Shown here in pieces: positions 17,188-27,216 of a DNA stretch of 45,774 nt. A program made the position numbers and the translations under genes. Origin of the DNA: a virus (taxonomy: Duplodnaviria; Caudoviricetes). The DNA is taken from positions 1 to 45,774 of IMG/VR virus record IMGVR_UViG_3300002092_000070; one strand, written 5' to 3'. Position 1 is the first letter of the stretch. The number at the start of each line of letters is the position of its first letter. Below the pieces are notes generated by a model. It saw nothing but the letters and a program-made list of their open reading frames with translations. It did no database searches and had not been told where the DNA came from.

Positions 17188-20100
17188 TGGCTTACGATAC
17201 CGGGTTCTCCCGCCGTTCGGCCTCCGAACGGGAAATCCAGCCGGTCGCCATCATCTCGGTGGATGCCGTCAGCCGCACCGCTATCGGGGCGACCCGCACC
17301 CATCACAGCATCCACATCAACTGCGCCTACGCGACCGGGGACACGATCACCGTCCCGGCGACCGGCGAGCAGTGGTACGTGGAACGCTTCGACGGCGAGT
17401 GGCGGCTCTATGGCCGCATCCCGTTCAACGACGCGACCCTGAACATCACCCCCGAAGAGGGCCAGGTCTCGGTCGGATCGGCCTGGGGGCCTTTGGAGCT
17501 GAACGGCCCCGAGGTGCGGTTCAACAGCAAGGTGTTCCGGCTCAACGGGGTCTACTACCGCGACTCGGGTACGTCCCTGGAGCGATCCACCGATCAGGTG
17601 ACCTGGACGGCGGTCAGCGCGGCCACCGCGACCACCCTGGCCCAGGAGCTTGCCGCCTCGCTGGCCGGGTACCAGGGCGACAGCCAGCTCGGGGCATTGT
17701 CGGCCCTCAAGGATTGGGGTGGCCTGGTACAGACCATCGTCGATAATTTCACTGAGTTCTGGAATGTGTTGTGCCAGAATGTCTTTGTCGGCGGACTCAA
17801 AGACTTAGGGTTTGGCGACACCGATCTTTCGAAGATTGTCGATGGTTTCCAGAACTTTTTGAACTACCTGTTCGGGGTGGTCTTCTGTGATTTTAACGGA
17901 GACCTGACACCACAGACCGTCTTGGCCAGGCTGCGTGACCTGATCGCGCCACTGACCACCAACCCGTTCATCACCGGCCTCCAGAAAATCGCTCAGATTC
18001 TCGGTGTCGATGTCGGCAACCTGCTCAACGACGCGGTCAACGGTGCCACCTCTTTCCTCAAGGTGATCTTCGACATCATCTCCTGCAACTTCACCGACTT
18101 GGCCGCGCTGCTGGTTCCGCAGGGCGGTATGCCGCCGAAGATCGCGCAGATCATCGGCTCTATCGGGGCCGATTTCGGCCCGGCCAACATCATCGCTTTC
18201 CTGTTCGACACGTTCGGATTCTTCGCCGACCCGACCAACCCGTTCGGGGCTTTCATCCTCGGCTTGCAGGGTTTCTTCTCCGCGCTGTTCGGCACCACCG
18301 GGAGCCTGCTGAAGGACGTTCTCAGCGGCGTGGTCAAGTTCTTCCAAATCCTGCTCGGGGTGATCCTGTGCAATCCCGATGCCCTCGCTAAGGCCGAAAC
18401 GATCTGGGGGATCGTCACCGCTAGCGGGTTCGACTTCTTCAACCTTCCCAGCGACCTGAGCGTGCTGTTCCAGCCCGACAAGATCATCGGCATCTTCTAC
18501 CAGATTTTCAAGCCGATTATTGACTTGGAGAATGGTTTTCTCGCGCCAATCCTCAACGCGCTCAAGGATTTTGCCCAATCAATGGGACACGATGTCGTCA
18601 GTCTCCTCGACGGCACAATGGTCGGCATCACCGAGCTTTTCCGGGTCGTGTTCGGCATCCTCACCTGCGGCCTGTCCGATACCGAATGGGCAAGATTGGG
18701 GGGATTCCTCGCCACGGCGACGGCGGGGATTTTGCCCACCGACGTGATCGGTTTCTTCTTTGCGGTGTTCAATCCGCTGCGCGACGCGGTGGGTAATCCG
18801 ATCCGCATTTTCCTCGACAGCCTTCAGCTCATCGCCGAGAAGCTGGGGAACACTGTTGTCGGACTGCTCGACGGGGCATTGATCGGCGCGGTCGAGTTGT
18901 TCAACCTCCTATTGGGCGTGATCGCCTGCCAGCCCGCCAAGCTCGCACAACTAGGCGGTCTGCTTACCGACCCCTCGGTGCTCGGCAAGCTCGGCCTAGG
19001 CGGGCCGCTGGATGCCTTGGCGACCCTCGCCGGGGCGATTAGCGGGCTGCTGGTCAACCCGTTCATCGCCATCATCCAAAAAATCGCCCAGACGCTCGGC
19101 TTCGGCACCGAAAACTTGATTGCCCAGATACTGGGCGGCTCGTCCGCTCTGGTGTACTCGCTGCTCAAGATCATCATCACCGTTTTCCCGCTGGGACTTT
19201 CGACCTGGCAGTCGCTGCTGTGGTTCGTCCCCGACAGCGTGTGGGCCGGTGTCGCCGCCTACAACATCGACCTGAGTTTTCTGGGCAACCTCGACCCGCT
19301 GCTGATCTTCCTCAAGCCGCTAGAGGAATACCTGGGCTGGGCGGCGGGCAGCGCGGCAAACTTCTACGCCAACTTCCTCGCAGTTTTCAACGGGATGGGG
19401 TTCTTGGACGCGAACTTCAGTGTCGAGACTGCGGTTCAGCACCTGATCCACAACATACTCGGCATCGGCGATGTCAACGAGTTCGGACAGTTCGTTGTCG
19501 CCACCACTGCCAGCAGCCTTAGTGGTCTGGCCGACTGGATTACGGCCAATGTCCTCAACGGCGTGACCCCGGCGCAGTTTCTGGCCAATCTGAACGCGGT
19601 TTTCGGCTCGACCAATCCCCTGTCGGCCACCTTCAACCTGGCGACCGCCGCCACTAATTTCCTCTCCAATATCGCCACGCAGCTGCAGGAATGGATCAAA
19701 AACAACGTATTTGGCGGGTTGGCTAGCTTGTCGGCCTGGGTTACCGCCAACCTGCTCGGTGGCCAGACCACCCTGTCGTCGTGGTTCACCACTAACATCC
19801 TCGGTGGCCTGGCAAACTTGTCTGCCTGGATTGCCGCCAATGTCCTCAACGGACTTACACCCACCCAGTTTCTGGCCAACCTGACATCTTTGTTTGGATC
19901 GACCAACCCCCTGTCGTCGGCGTTCGCCGTCGGTCAGGCGGGCAGTAATTTCTTGACCAACATCAGCCTCCAGCTGCTCAACTGGATCACCACCAACGTC
20001 CTGAACGGGATCACGCCCACCGCTTTCCTAAACAACCTGACGACCATGTTCGGGTCGGCCAATCCACTCGCCGCCGGATTTAACTTGACGACCGCCGCCC

Positions 20101-22637
20101 AGGCGTTCCTCACCAATATCGCCACCCAGCTCAACGACTGGATTAAGAACAATATCCTTAACGGACTCACCCCAGCGCAGTTTCTGGCCAATCTGAACAG
20201 CTTATTTGGGTCGACTAATCCCTTGTCGGCCACTTTCAGCGTGGCCACCGCCGCCACCAATTTCCTCGCCAATATCGCCACCCAGCTTTTAAATTGGATT
20301 AAAAACAACGTATTTGGCGGTATTGATCCCAGCACCGTTTTCTCTAACCTCCAATCTTTCCTCGGATTCAACCCACTGAGTTCTTCAATCACCCTCAACA
20401 CCGTTGTCTCCAATTTCCTTCAGAATGTCTTGAAGCTGACCGACAGCAGCGGTTCAATCCTGTCCACACTGATCCCGAATGCCCTTGGCGCGGTTGGTGA
20501 TTTCTTCGCGAACATTGCCACCTTCCTCGGCTTCGATCCGAGAAACTATACGACCGCTAACTTCAACCTCATCACCGTCGTCCCACTGTTCCTCAACAAC
20601 ATCAAAGATATTTTGACGAGCTGGGTGAACTTCTTTGTCCTTGGCGGACACGGGAGCATCGGCGCGTGGGCGCAAGCCAACATCACCGTTCCCATCATCT
20701 CGCAGTTCCTGACCGGTCTGAACATCAGCCCCGCCAAGATCGGCATCACCTCCGACTCCGATTGGGCCAGCGTCAATCTAAGCAAGCTCGGCGACATCGC
20801 GGGCCTGCTGCTGACCAACCTCACTCAGATTCCGGCCAACTTGATCAATGGCACCTTGCCGCCTGCGGTGGTGGGGTCGGTGCCGGTCTCTAACATCTCC
20901 AACGACACGCCCAACCTCATCACCCTCGGTACCTTTTCCGAGTCGGTTAGCGTTGAGGCCGCAGACGGCTGGGTGTGGGACAGCGTGCAGACCGCCACCG
21001 GCAGCGGCGGCTCGACCCGAGTCGCGATCACCTCGGCCAAGAACCGCTACCTGTACTCGCGGCAGGCGGTGCCGGTGGTCAAGGGCGACCGGCTGGTGGT
21101 CAGTGCCGCCATCAAGACTTCTGCGCTCACCACCTCCGGTGGCACGACCCCAATCTCAATTGCGATCCTGCCTTTCGCTGGAGGGGTGCAGAAGACTGAC
21201 GGTTCGGGAAATCCCCTTGTTGTCACTATCGGCAGCGCGGTCGGCAGCAATACGACCTGGACGACCATCGGCAACACCACCGCTTCCCCTTATACCGTCA
21301 CCGATGCCACTTGGACTTCGGTGATCGTGCGGCTGACCGTGGACTCGACCGCGACCGGCGGCAACGTCTGGTGGGACGACGTTAGCTTTAAGAAGACCGG
21401 CGGTCTCATTCAGGGCAACGTCGACTCCCTGAACGCGGCCTGGAACAAAGTGATCGGCGGCTTGACCAACGCCCCCGCCACCACCGGACTCGATTGGACG
21501 AGCCTGTACGGGGCCGCGTATGCGGCTCGCGGCGTGGCTGATAGCGGGTATACATACTCCACCAACACCAACTCCACGCTGTTCAACAACCCGGCGGGTG
21601 GCTCCTCGTTTTACAGCCCCGGCAGCCTGATCACCAGCCTGGCTGGCGTTAAAGCCGACGGCACCTACACGATGACCAACCTGTTGTACTACCTGGCATC
21701 ACAGTTGAGCCAGAACGCCAATGTCGGCGGCACGGTTGCCGATGTCTACAACGCCGCCAGCGGCGCAGGCACGACGCTGACCACTACGGTGCCGACCAGC
21801 GCAATAAGGATTAATAACACCAACAACACCCTGTTCGGTGCCCAGGCCGGTGGCACGGTGCTGACCAACCTGTCCACGCTGATCAGCAGCCTGTCCACCG
21901 TAAAAGTTGATTCCTCAACCGCCGTAACGATGGCGACCCTGCTGGGATACCTGGCAGGGGGTTTGAGTCAAAATATTTACACCGGACAGACGGGCACGGC
22001 GGTTCAGTCCGCCGCCACCCTTGCCGGATCAAATGCCGGTGGTGCCAAGGTCAACATCGACACCGTCAACACCACCTTGTTTGGAAACGCCGCCGGAGGA
22101 AGTACGGTTCGGGTTCAGGTTCTCCCCACCGCCGATATCGGCAAGGCCCTGACGACAACCGGATCGGGCGCAATGCTGATCCGCACCACCACCACAGTGC
22201 AGTCGGTTGGTGGCCAGGGACTTCATATTGTCCCCAACAGCTTCTTCAACACCTACAGCACTAAAAGTGCCGATATCAACATAATCAGCGGCAACACGGG
22301 CCTTCAAGTAACTCTCGCCGGATGGTACATGGTAGAGCTGGCCTACAAGCTCAACGCGGTCGCATCTTGGGGCTGGAACTTCACGCCCGTCCTTTACGTC
22401 AATGGCTCTCCGACGAAATACGGCACCGACTGCATGTATACCTGGGCCGGAGTGACCAGTGCCGGTGGCCAACGTCAAGTTCAAAACAGCTTTATCGTCT
22501 ATCTTGCCGCCAACGGATACGTTCAGGCCGGGTATGATGTTGCCCTGGGAACTTATCTCAACGACAACGTACTGGGCGGCGGAACCGCCAGCCAGACGTA
22601 CTTCTCCATATCGCTACTCAACCGCAGTTACGCATAA
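17187..22637 (+). CDS. Large spike/minor tail protein (1816 aa) with amphipathic repeats and carbohydrate-binding-like domain
   Basis: Follows hub; N-terminal spike-like ~140 aa; 52-aa repeats; GNVWWDDVSF motif; C-terminal beta domain. Confidence 0.8.
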   Translation: MAYDTGFSRRSASEREIQPVAIISVDAVSRTAIGATRTHHSIHINCAYATGDTITVPATGEQWYVERFDGEWRLYGRIPFNDATLNITPEEGQVSVGSAWGPLELNGPEVRFNSKVFRLNGVYYRDSGTSLERSTDQVTWTAVSAATATTLAQELAASLAGYQGDSQLGALSALKDWGGLVQTIVDNFTEFWNVLCQNVFVGGLKDLGFGDTDLSKIVDGFQNFLNYLFGVVFCDFNGDLTPQTVLARLRDLIAPLTTNPFITGLQKIAQILGVDVGNLLNDAVNGATSFLKVIFDIISCNFTDLAALLVPQGGMPPKIAQIIGSIGADFGPANIIAFLFDTFGFFADPTNPFGAFILGLQGFFSALFGTTGSLLKDVLSGVVKFFQILLGVILCNPDALAKAETIWGIVTASGFDFFNLPSDLSVLFQPDKIIGIFYQIFKPIIDLENGFLAPILNALKDFAQSMGHDVVSLLDGTMVGITELFRVVFGILTCGLSDTEWARLGGFLATATAGILPTDVIGFFFAVFNPLRDAVGNPIRIFLDSLQLIAEKLGNTVVGLLDGALIGAVELFNLLLGVIACQPAKLAQLGGLLTDPSVLGKLGLGGPLDALATLAGAISGLLVNPFIAIIQKIAQTLGFGTENLIAQILGGSSALVYSLLKIIITVFPLGLSTWQSLLWFVPDSVWAGVAAYNIDLSFLGNLDPLLIFLKPLEEYLGWAAGSAANFYANFLAVFNGMGFLDANFSVETAVQHLIHNILGIGDVNEFGQFVVATTASSLSGLADWITANVLNGVTPAQFLANLNAVFGSTNPLSATFNLATAATNFLSNIATQLQEWIKNNVFGGLASLSAWVTANLLGGQTTLSSWFTTNILGGLANLSAWIAANVLNGLTPTQFLANLTSLFGSTNPLSSAFAVGQAGSNFLTNISLQLLNWITTNVLNGITPTAFLNNLTTMFGSANPLAAGFNLTTAAQAFLTNIATQLNDWIKNNILNGLTPAQFLANLNSLFGSTNPLSATFSVATAATNFLANIATQLLNWIKNNVFGGIDPSTVFSNLQSFLGFNPLSSSITLNTVVSNFLQNVLKLTDSSGSILSTLIPNALGAVGDFFANIATFLGFDPRNYTTANFNLITVVPLFLNNIKDILTSWVNFFVLGGHGSIGAWAQANITVPIISQFLTGLNISPAKIGITSDSDWASVNLSKLGDIAGLLLTNLTQIPANLINGTLPPAVVGSVPVSNISNDTPNLITLGTFSESVSVEAADGWVWDSVQTATGSGGSTRVAITSAKNRYLYSRQAVPVVKGDRLVVSAAIKTSALTTSGGTTPISIAILPFAGGVQKTDGSGNPLVVTIGSAVGSNTTWTTIGNTTASPYTVTDATWTSVIVRLTVDSTATGGNVWWDDVSFKKTGGLIQGNVDSLNAAWNKVIGGLTNAPATTGLDWTSLYGAAYAARGVADSGYTYSTNTNSTLFNNPAGGSSFYSPGSLITSLAGVKADGTYTMTNLLYYLASQLSQNANVGGTVADVYNAASGAGTTLTTTVPTSAIRINNTNNTLFGAQAGGTVLTNLSTLISSLSTVKVDSSTAVTMATLLGYLAGGLSQNIYTGQTGTAVQSAATLAGSNAGGAKVNIDTVNTTLFGNAAGGSTVRVQVLPTADIGKALTTTGSGAMLIRTTTTVQSVGGQGLHIVPNSFFNTYSTKSADINIISGNTGLQVTLAGWYMVELAYKLNAVASWGWNFTPVLYVNGSPTKYGTDCMYTWAGVTSAGGQRQVQNSFIVYLAANGYVQAGYDVALGTYLNDNVLGGGTASQTYFSISLLNRSYA
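19536..20450 (+). repeat. 156-bp (52-aa) and 45-bp (15-aa) coding repeats
   Basis: Trp codons of the repeat unit at 19536, 19692, 19827, 19983, 20139, 20295; unit WI.NNVLNG.TP.QFLANL..FGSTNPLS..F...AATNFL.NIATQL. Confidence 0.9.
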
Positions 22638-22652
22638 GAAAGGGCAAGAAGA

Positions 22653-22898
22653 ATGGAATACACAGTCGGTCACGTCAAGCGCAACACCGTCACCGGCGAG
22701 GTCGCCATCCGCAACATCTTCCCTGTTGGGACGACCCCGCAGCAAATGATGATGGAGTGGCTGTGCGCGGCCCCCAACACCGGGCCACGCAACACCTGGA
22801 CTCAGGAGGTCGAGGGTGCGGATTGGGAAGACTTATACGTCCCCGAGACCCATGTCGCCGAGCCGCTGCCGCCGCTTGATCCCGCACCGCCTGCATGA
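22653..22898 (+). CDS. Small tail-associated protein (81 aa)
   Basis: AAGGG RBS; ATGA overlap with next gene. Confidence 0.7.
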   Translation: MEYTVGHVKRNTVTGEVAIRNIFPVGTTPQQMMMEWLCAAPNTGPRNTWTQEVEGADWEDLYVPETHVAEPLPPLDPAPPA

Positions 22899-24130
22899 GC
22901 AAAATAACTTTCTTCTACTGCACCGGCACAGCCTTCGGTATCTCGATCCTCAACAATGCCCTGAAGGCCCAGGGGCCGCTGAACTACATCTGGGGAGACC
23001 CCTCGGTCAACCCCGATGCCCAGGCCAATGCCAGCAGCTACGTGCCGGGGCTGAACGGGAAGACCTACCCGTGGGACGGCGCGGTCTATAACGACCCGTT
23101 CCCGTTCATGCTCAACCCCGATGTCTGGAACCCGGTACGGATCGCTTACGCCGATGCCGCCCTGACGTTTCTGCAAAACGGTCAGCTTTTGGGAGGAATG
23201 GGAGCGTCCATTGACGACGGTGTTTCTAAAGTAATTGCACAAATAAACGCATTGCCCGCAGGTGCGCCATTTGCAATTGGCGGATATTCGCAGGGTGCGG
23301 CGGTAATGAGTTCCATTTACAATGAAATTCGAACCGGTTCTTTAACCAGCCGGGCATCGTCATTTCTGGGCGGTGTCGTATTTGGCAATCCTCGCCGCCA
23401 GCTCAACCATCGGGGCGAAGTCGGCGGTACCTGGTCGGGTGCCTGGGATGTCGCCGGTTCTTACACCGGAGGACACGGCTCTTTCCCGGCCACCGGGCCG
23501 TGGGCGCGGCTGTCGGGGTGTGACGGCACCAAATGGATTGACTTCGCCGCCCCTCTCGACATCTTTTCCTCGACCGGAGACTCCGCTGTGGGTCAGATGT
23601 GGACAAAGGGCAACGATGCCCTGCTGGGACTGCTATATTCGCAATTCTCCGGTGATGTTTTACTCCAGGCAGTAGTTCAAACTATTTTTCCAGCTTATAA
23701 AAGCGACATTATTGCGGCCATCCAGACGGCATTTGGTATTGGCAACACCATGAACTACCTAATTGACCCTACTGGTTTAATAACGTCAATTTCTGGGGGT
23801 GGGCACACCTTATACCCGGCCCTACCTCCCCCGAACAACACCACCGGCATCATGCCCTCCACTACGGTCACAACCACCACGACCCTGACCGACACCGGAT
23901 CGTCCACCAACGTCACGGGCACGGTCAGCCGCGTCGGGCGGCGCAACCCCACCGGGACGGGGCCGACCACCATCACCCACGACTACCTCAAACCGGTCGG
24001 CGACACCTGCTACCAGGTCGCACTGAAATGGCTGGAGGGCAAAGCCGCCACCTACGCGACCGCGCCGGTCGTGCTCCCCTCCACCGGATCGGTCGGCTGG
24101 TCGACTACACTGGTTCCACCCGCATCCTAG
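22895..24130 (+). CDS. Cutinase/PE-PPE/LysB-like serine hydrolase
   Basis: GYSQG nucleophile elbow, FGNPRR, candidate Asp (PLDIFS) and His (GGHTLY). Confidence 0.85.
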   Translation: MSKITFFYCTGTAFGISILNNALKAQGPLNYIWGDPSVNPDAQANASSYVPGLNGKTYPWDGAVYNDPFPFMLNPDVWNPVRIAYADAALTFLQNGQLLGGMGASIDDGVSKVIAQINALPAGAPFAIGGYSQGAAVMSSIYNEIRTGSLTSRASSFLGGVVFGNPRRQLNHRGEVGGTWSGAWDVAGSYTGGHGSFPATGPWARLSGCDGTKWIDFAAPLDIFSSTGDSAVGQMWTKGNDALLGLLYSQFSGDVLLQAVVQTIFPAYKSDIIAAIQTAFGIGNTMNYLIDPTGLITSISGGGHTLYPALPPPNNTTGIMPSTTVTTTTTLTDTGSSTNVTGTVSRVGRRNPTGTGPTTITHDYLKPVGDTCYQVALKWLEGKAATYATAPVVLPSTGSVGWSTTLVPPAS

Positions 24131-24144
24131 ACAAGGACAACAGC

Positions 24145-24420
24145 ATGAAGCATCTTCGCATCGAGGTCAACGGCATGGAGTACGTCAACGGCGAGTTTGC
24201 CGAGATCACTTTCAACGACGGCCCTAACGGCATCCGGGTCGAGGGCAAGAACGCGCCCGCCGGTGGCGGCGGAAACGGCCTGCTCGACCTGCTGACCAAC
24301 GCCAGCCGCAACCGCGCCCCCGAGGTGTCCGAGCCGAAGCGCGAAAACACACCCCCGCCGGTAGTTGCTTCGCCGCCCCCGGCCTTCGAGGCCGCGCCGG
24401 TCGAGATCATCCACCCCTAG
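24145..24420 (+). CDS. Hypothetical protein (91 aa)
   Basis: AAGGA RBS before ATG 24145. Confidence 0.7.
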   Translation: MKHLRIEVNGMEYVNGEFAEITFNDGPNGIRVEGKNAPAGGGGNGLLDLLTNASRNRAPEVSEPKRENTPPPVVASPPPAFEAAPVEIIHP

Positions 24421-24425
24421 CCCGA

Positions 24426-24460
24426 CCCTGTGGTGGCCCCCTACAGCACCTAGAACTACT
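24426..24460 (+). promoter_or_regulatory. Putative late-promoter motif CCCTG-N16-CACC-TA-GAA
   Basis: Matches motif at 5572. Confidence 0.55.
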
Positions 24461-24474
24461 GAGGAGGGCCGTCC

Positions 24475-24759
24475 ATGTCGTCGTTGGGCTACAACCACAC
24501 CCCTGAAGCCAAGAGCCGGATAGGGGAAGCTTCCCGTGGCAAGAAGTGCCCGGCGAACTGTGGGTTCAAACTCTCCTGGTGCACCTACACCCCAGATTTC
24601 TACCTCCCCGAGTTCGACATCTGGGTTGAGGTCAAGGGTCACCCCAAGCAGGTGGGGAATTGGGCGAAGAAGATGGACGACTTCCGGGCCGAGACCGGGA
24701 AAACTCTGATTCTGGTGTTCCAGAAAGAACTCTCTTCTCGCAAATACGGAGGTGAGTAA
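24475..24759 (+). CDS. Short NUMOD3 + PD-(D/E)xK endonuclease (probably internally deleted homing endonuclease)
   Basis: HTPEAKSRIGEASRGK (NUMOD3); YTPDFYLPEFDIWVEVKG catalytic motif. Confidence 0.75.
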   Translation: MSSLGYNHTPEAKSRIGEASRGKKCPANCGFKLSWCTYTPDFYLPEFDIWVEVKGHPKQVGNWAKKMDDFRAETGKTLILVFQKELSSRKYGGE

Positions 24760-25213
24760 GATTTCTTACAGTCTGGCCATCGCCGATGGCGATCTGGTGC
24801 AGAAGGGTTCCCGCCTCGATGTCGTGTACGGCATCGACAAGCTCAAGCAGGACATCAACTGCTGGATTCAGGAACGCTACGGCAGCGACCGTTTCCATGT
24901 GAACATGGGGTCGACCCTTCAGGAGTTCATTGGCAGCATCGCCAACGAAACGGCCCGCGTCGAGGTGCAGGCCGAGATTTTCCGGGTGCTCCAGAACTAT
25001 CAGGCGACCCAGCTGCGGCGGTTTAAGGAAAACCCCGAGAAAATGTCGGCCAGCGAGCTGCTGGTTTCGATTGACGACATCTCGGTCAAGCTGAGCTACG
25101 ACACCGTCTGGGTGACCCTCAGGCTCCGTAACGGTTCCAACGAGTCGACCACGATCAAGATCGCCAACGGCCAGACCGGGTTCGCTAATCCGACATACCG
25201 ACCCCGGCAATAG
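24752..25213 (+). CDS. Baseplate wedge protein, gp25/gpW-like
   Basis: GIDKLKQDI…ERYGSDRFHVNMGSTL motif; precedes baseplate J. Confidence 0.8.
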   Translation: MSKISYSLAIADGDLVQKGSRLDVVYGIDKLKQDINCWIQERYGSDRFHVNMGSTLQEFIGSIANETARVEVQAEIFRVLQNYQATQLRRFKENPEKMSASELLVSIDDISVKLSYDTVWVTLRLRNGSNESTTIKIANGQTGFANPTYRPRQ

Positions 25214-25229
25214 GCTATAGGAGGCCAAA

Positions 25230-27089
25230 GTGGCAAACACCCCCGATGTGGTCAGCAAGAACATTCTGGCCAAGCTCGCCATCACCGCCCCCGGCTTCTC
25301 GTTGGAGCTGGGCACCCCCGAACGCAAGATCGTGGACGCGGTCGCCGAGGCGATCAGCGAGTCCTCCATCGACCAGTACCTGGTCGGCTCGCTGCTCGAC
25401 ATCGAGAGCAAGGCCGGGCTGGAGCTGGAGCAGTTCTGCGGAATCTTCGGTTTCGGTCGCCTCCAAGGCCGTAAGGCCACCGGAACGGTGCGTGTAGAGC
25501 TGAACACCGCCAACGCTCAGGACATCAACGTCCCGCTCGGCTCCCAGTTCTACACCCGCCAGTCGCTACCGTCCTCGGGCAGCCCCCTATACTTCTCCTC
25601 GACCCAGGCCGTGATCATCCCGGCGGGTTCCTACGTCGTCGACGTTCCGGTCGAGTGCACGGTGATCGGCACGACCGGCAACGTCTCGCCGGACACCATC
25701 GTCTACGTCGGCGACATCCTGGGGGCGACCTCGGTGACCAATCTCCAGGCCCTGACCGGGGGCGTGGATGTCGAGACCGACGACGAGCTACGGCAGAGAT
25801 TCAAGGACACGTTCCTGCGGTCGGTGATCGGCACCGAAGACTGGTATCTGGGCCTGTGCTACACAAACCGCAACGTCTCCAAGGCCGCGTGCTTCGGGCC
25901 GATCAAGAAGTACGCGACCCAGCTGGAAATCCCGGCAGATGTCGACAGCCAAACCCCGTCCATCATCTCGATGGATTCCCTGATCGCCGCCGACATCAAG
26001 TACGCCTGGGGCGGCGACCAGCATGTGACGGCGTTCAAGAACCTCGGCCAGACCGATGAGGTGTTCTTCCGCCGCCACGACGACTACGACTGGATATCCG
26101 GCCCCGAACCGAAGTTCGCCCGCATCCTGGGTGGTGCACTGCTGCCCGGCGACGTGGTCGACCTCGAATTCGAGTACACGACCCGGTCGTCGCGCAACGA
26201 CCCCGATCTCGGGATCGCCAACAAGGTCGACATCTACGTCAACGGCAACGAACCGTACACGGTCACCGAGCGCACCACGCTCGCCGACATCACCCTCACC
26301 AACACCACCACCGACCAGCTGTACGCCGGAAACTTCGCCCGCGTCGGCACTACCGGCGTTCCGCTAGACGGCCACCGGTTCACCCGGCTCGGTTCGACCC
26401 CGGTGGTTTCGTTCCCGTCGATCATCACCCTGACCTCGGTGGTCAACGGCACCCCGATCACCGCCAACTACACCCAGGGCCTGGACTACCATCTGATCCG
26501 GTCGGCACCCGAACTGAACCCCAACGCGACGACCCTGCTGGCCGGTTCACAGTACGAGATCGCCGGGATCGAGTGGATGCCCGATGGCCCGGCGGTCGGC
26601 ACCAGCCTCTCGCTGAGCTACATCTACAACCGGGTGCCCGAGCACCTCCAGGCGGTCATCAAGACCTCCAAGCAGGTCGCCACCGATGTCCTGGTGCATC
26701 AGGCCGGGTACCGGTACATCACGGTCTGCCTGTCGGTCGAGTACGACCGTGGTTTCGTCGTCCAGCAGGTCAACAACGCGATCAACGAGCGGCTCCGGTC
26801 GTATTTCGCCGGACTGCCCTACGGTGCCTGGATCGAGATCAGCGACGTGATCCTGTCCGTGCACCAGGTGCTCGGTGTCGACAATGTCAAGATCACCAAA
26901 TCCACCGACCCCGGCGCGGTGGTCACCTCCGGAAACACCACGACCGAAAACTACGGGATCAAGACCTACGGCGACAGCACCGACCTGACGATGCTCACCG
27001 AGCACCCCTATACCGAAGATTTCAAACTCCGCGACAACCAGCTGCCGGTGTTCCTTGAGGCCATCATCCGCCGGACAGCGAACCGGTGA
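25230..27089 (+). CDS. Baseplate J-like protein
   Basis: ATGTVRV, VECTVIGTTGNV, VTNLQALTGGVDVETDDELRQR motifs. Confidence 0.92.
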   Translation: MANTPDVVSKNILAKLAITAPGFSLELGTPERKIVDAVAEAISESSIDQYLVGSLLDIESKAGLELEQFCGIFGFGRLQGRKATGTVRVELNTANAQDINVPLGSQFYTRQSLPSSGSPLYFSSTQAVIIPAGSYVVDVPVECTVIGTTGNVSPDTIVYVGDILGATSVTNLQALTGGVDVETDDELRQRFKDTFLRSVIGTEDWYLGLCYTNRNVSKAACFGPIKKYATQLEIPADVDSQTPSIISMDSLIAADIKYAWGGDQHVTAFKNLGQTDEVFFRRHDDYDWISGPEPKFARILGGALLPGDVVDLEFEYTTRSSRNDPDLGIANKVDIYVNGNEPYTVTERTTLADITLTNTTTDQLYAGNFARVGTTGVPLDGHRFTRLGSTPVVSFPSIITLTSVVNGTPITANYTQGLDYHLIRSAPELNPNATTLLAGSQYEIAGIEWMPDGPAVGTSLSLSYIYNRVPEHLQAVIKTSKQVATDVLVHQAGYRYITVCLSVEYDRGFVVQQVNNAINERLRSYFAGLPYGAWIEISDVILSVHQVLGVDNVKITKSTDPGAVVTSGNTTTENYGIKTYGDSTDLTMLTEHPYTEDFKLRDNQLPVFLEAIIRRTANR

Positions 27090-27104
27090 CCGGGGTGATT
27101 GGAC

Positions 27105-27212
27105 ATGAAACCCGATCCCCATCACGCGGCCTACATCGGTCTGGTGGTGAGCCTGGTGGCGTTCGGACTCGCGATTGCCGCCCTGGGCGCGGCGGTCAGC
27201 GTGGGGCGGTGA
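27105..27212 (+). CDS. 35-aa single-pass membrane peptide (absent from ORF track)
   Basis: MKPDPHHAAYIGLVVSLVAFGLAIAALGAAVSVGR* fills the intergenic gap. Confidence 0.55.
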   Translation: MKPDPHHAAYIGLVVSLVAFGLAIAALGAAVSVGR

Positions 27213-27216
27213 TCTG

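Noticed and set aside
19536-20450. Regularly spaced repeats considered as CRISPR or a DGR template/variable pair
   Set aside because: In-frame coding repeats diverging at synonymous sites; no unique spacers, no adenine-specific pattern, no reverse transcriptase in the window
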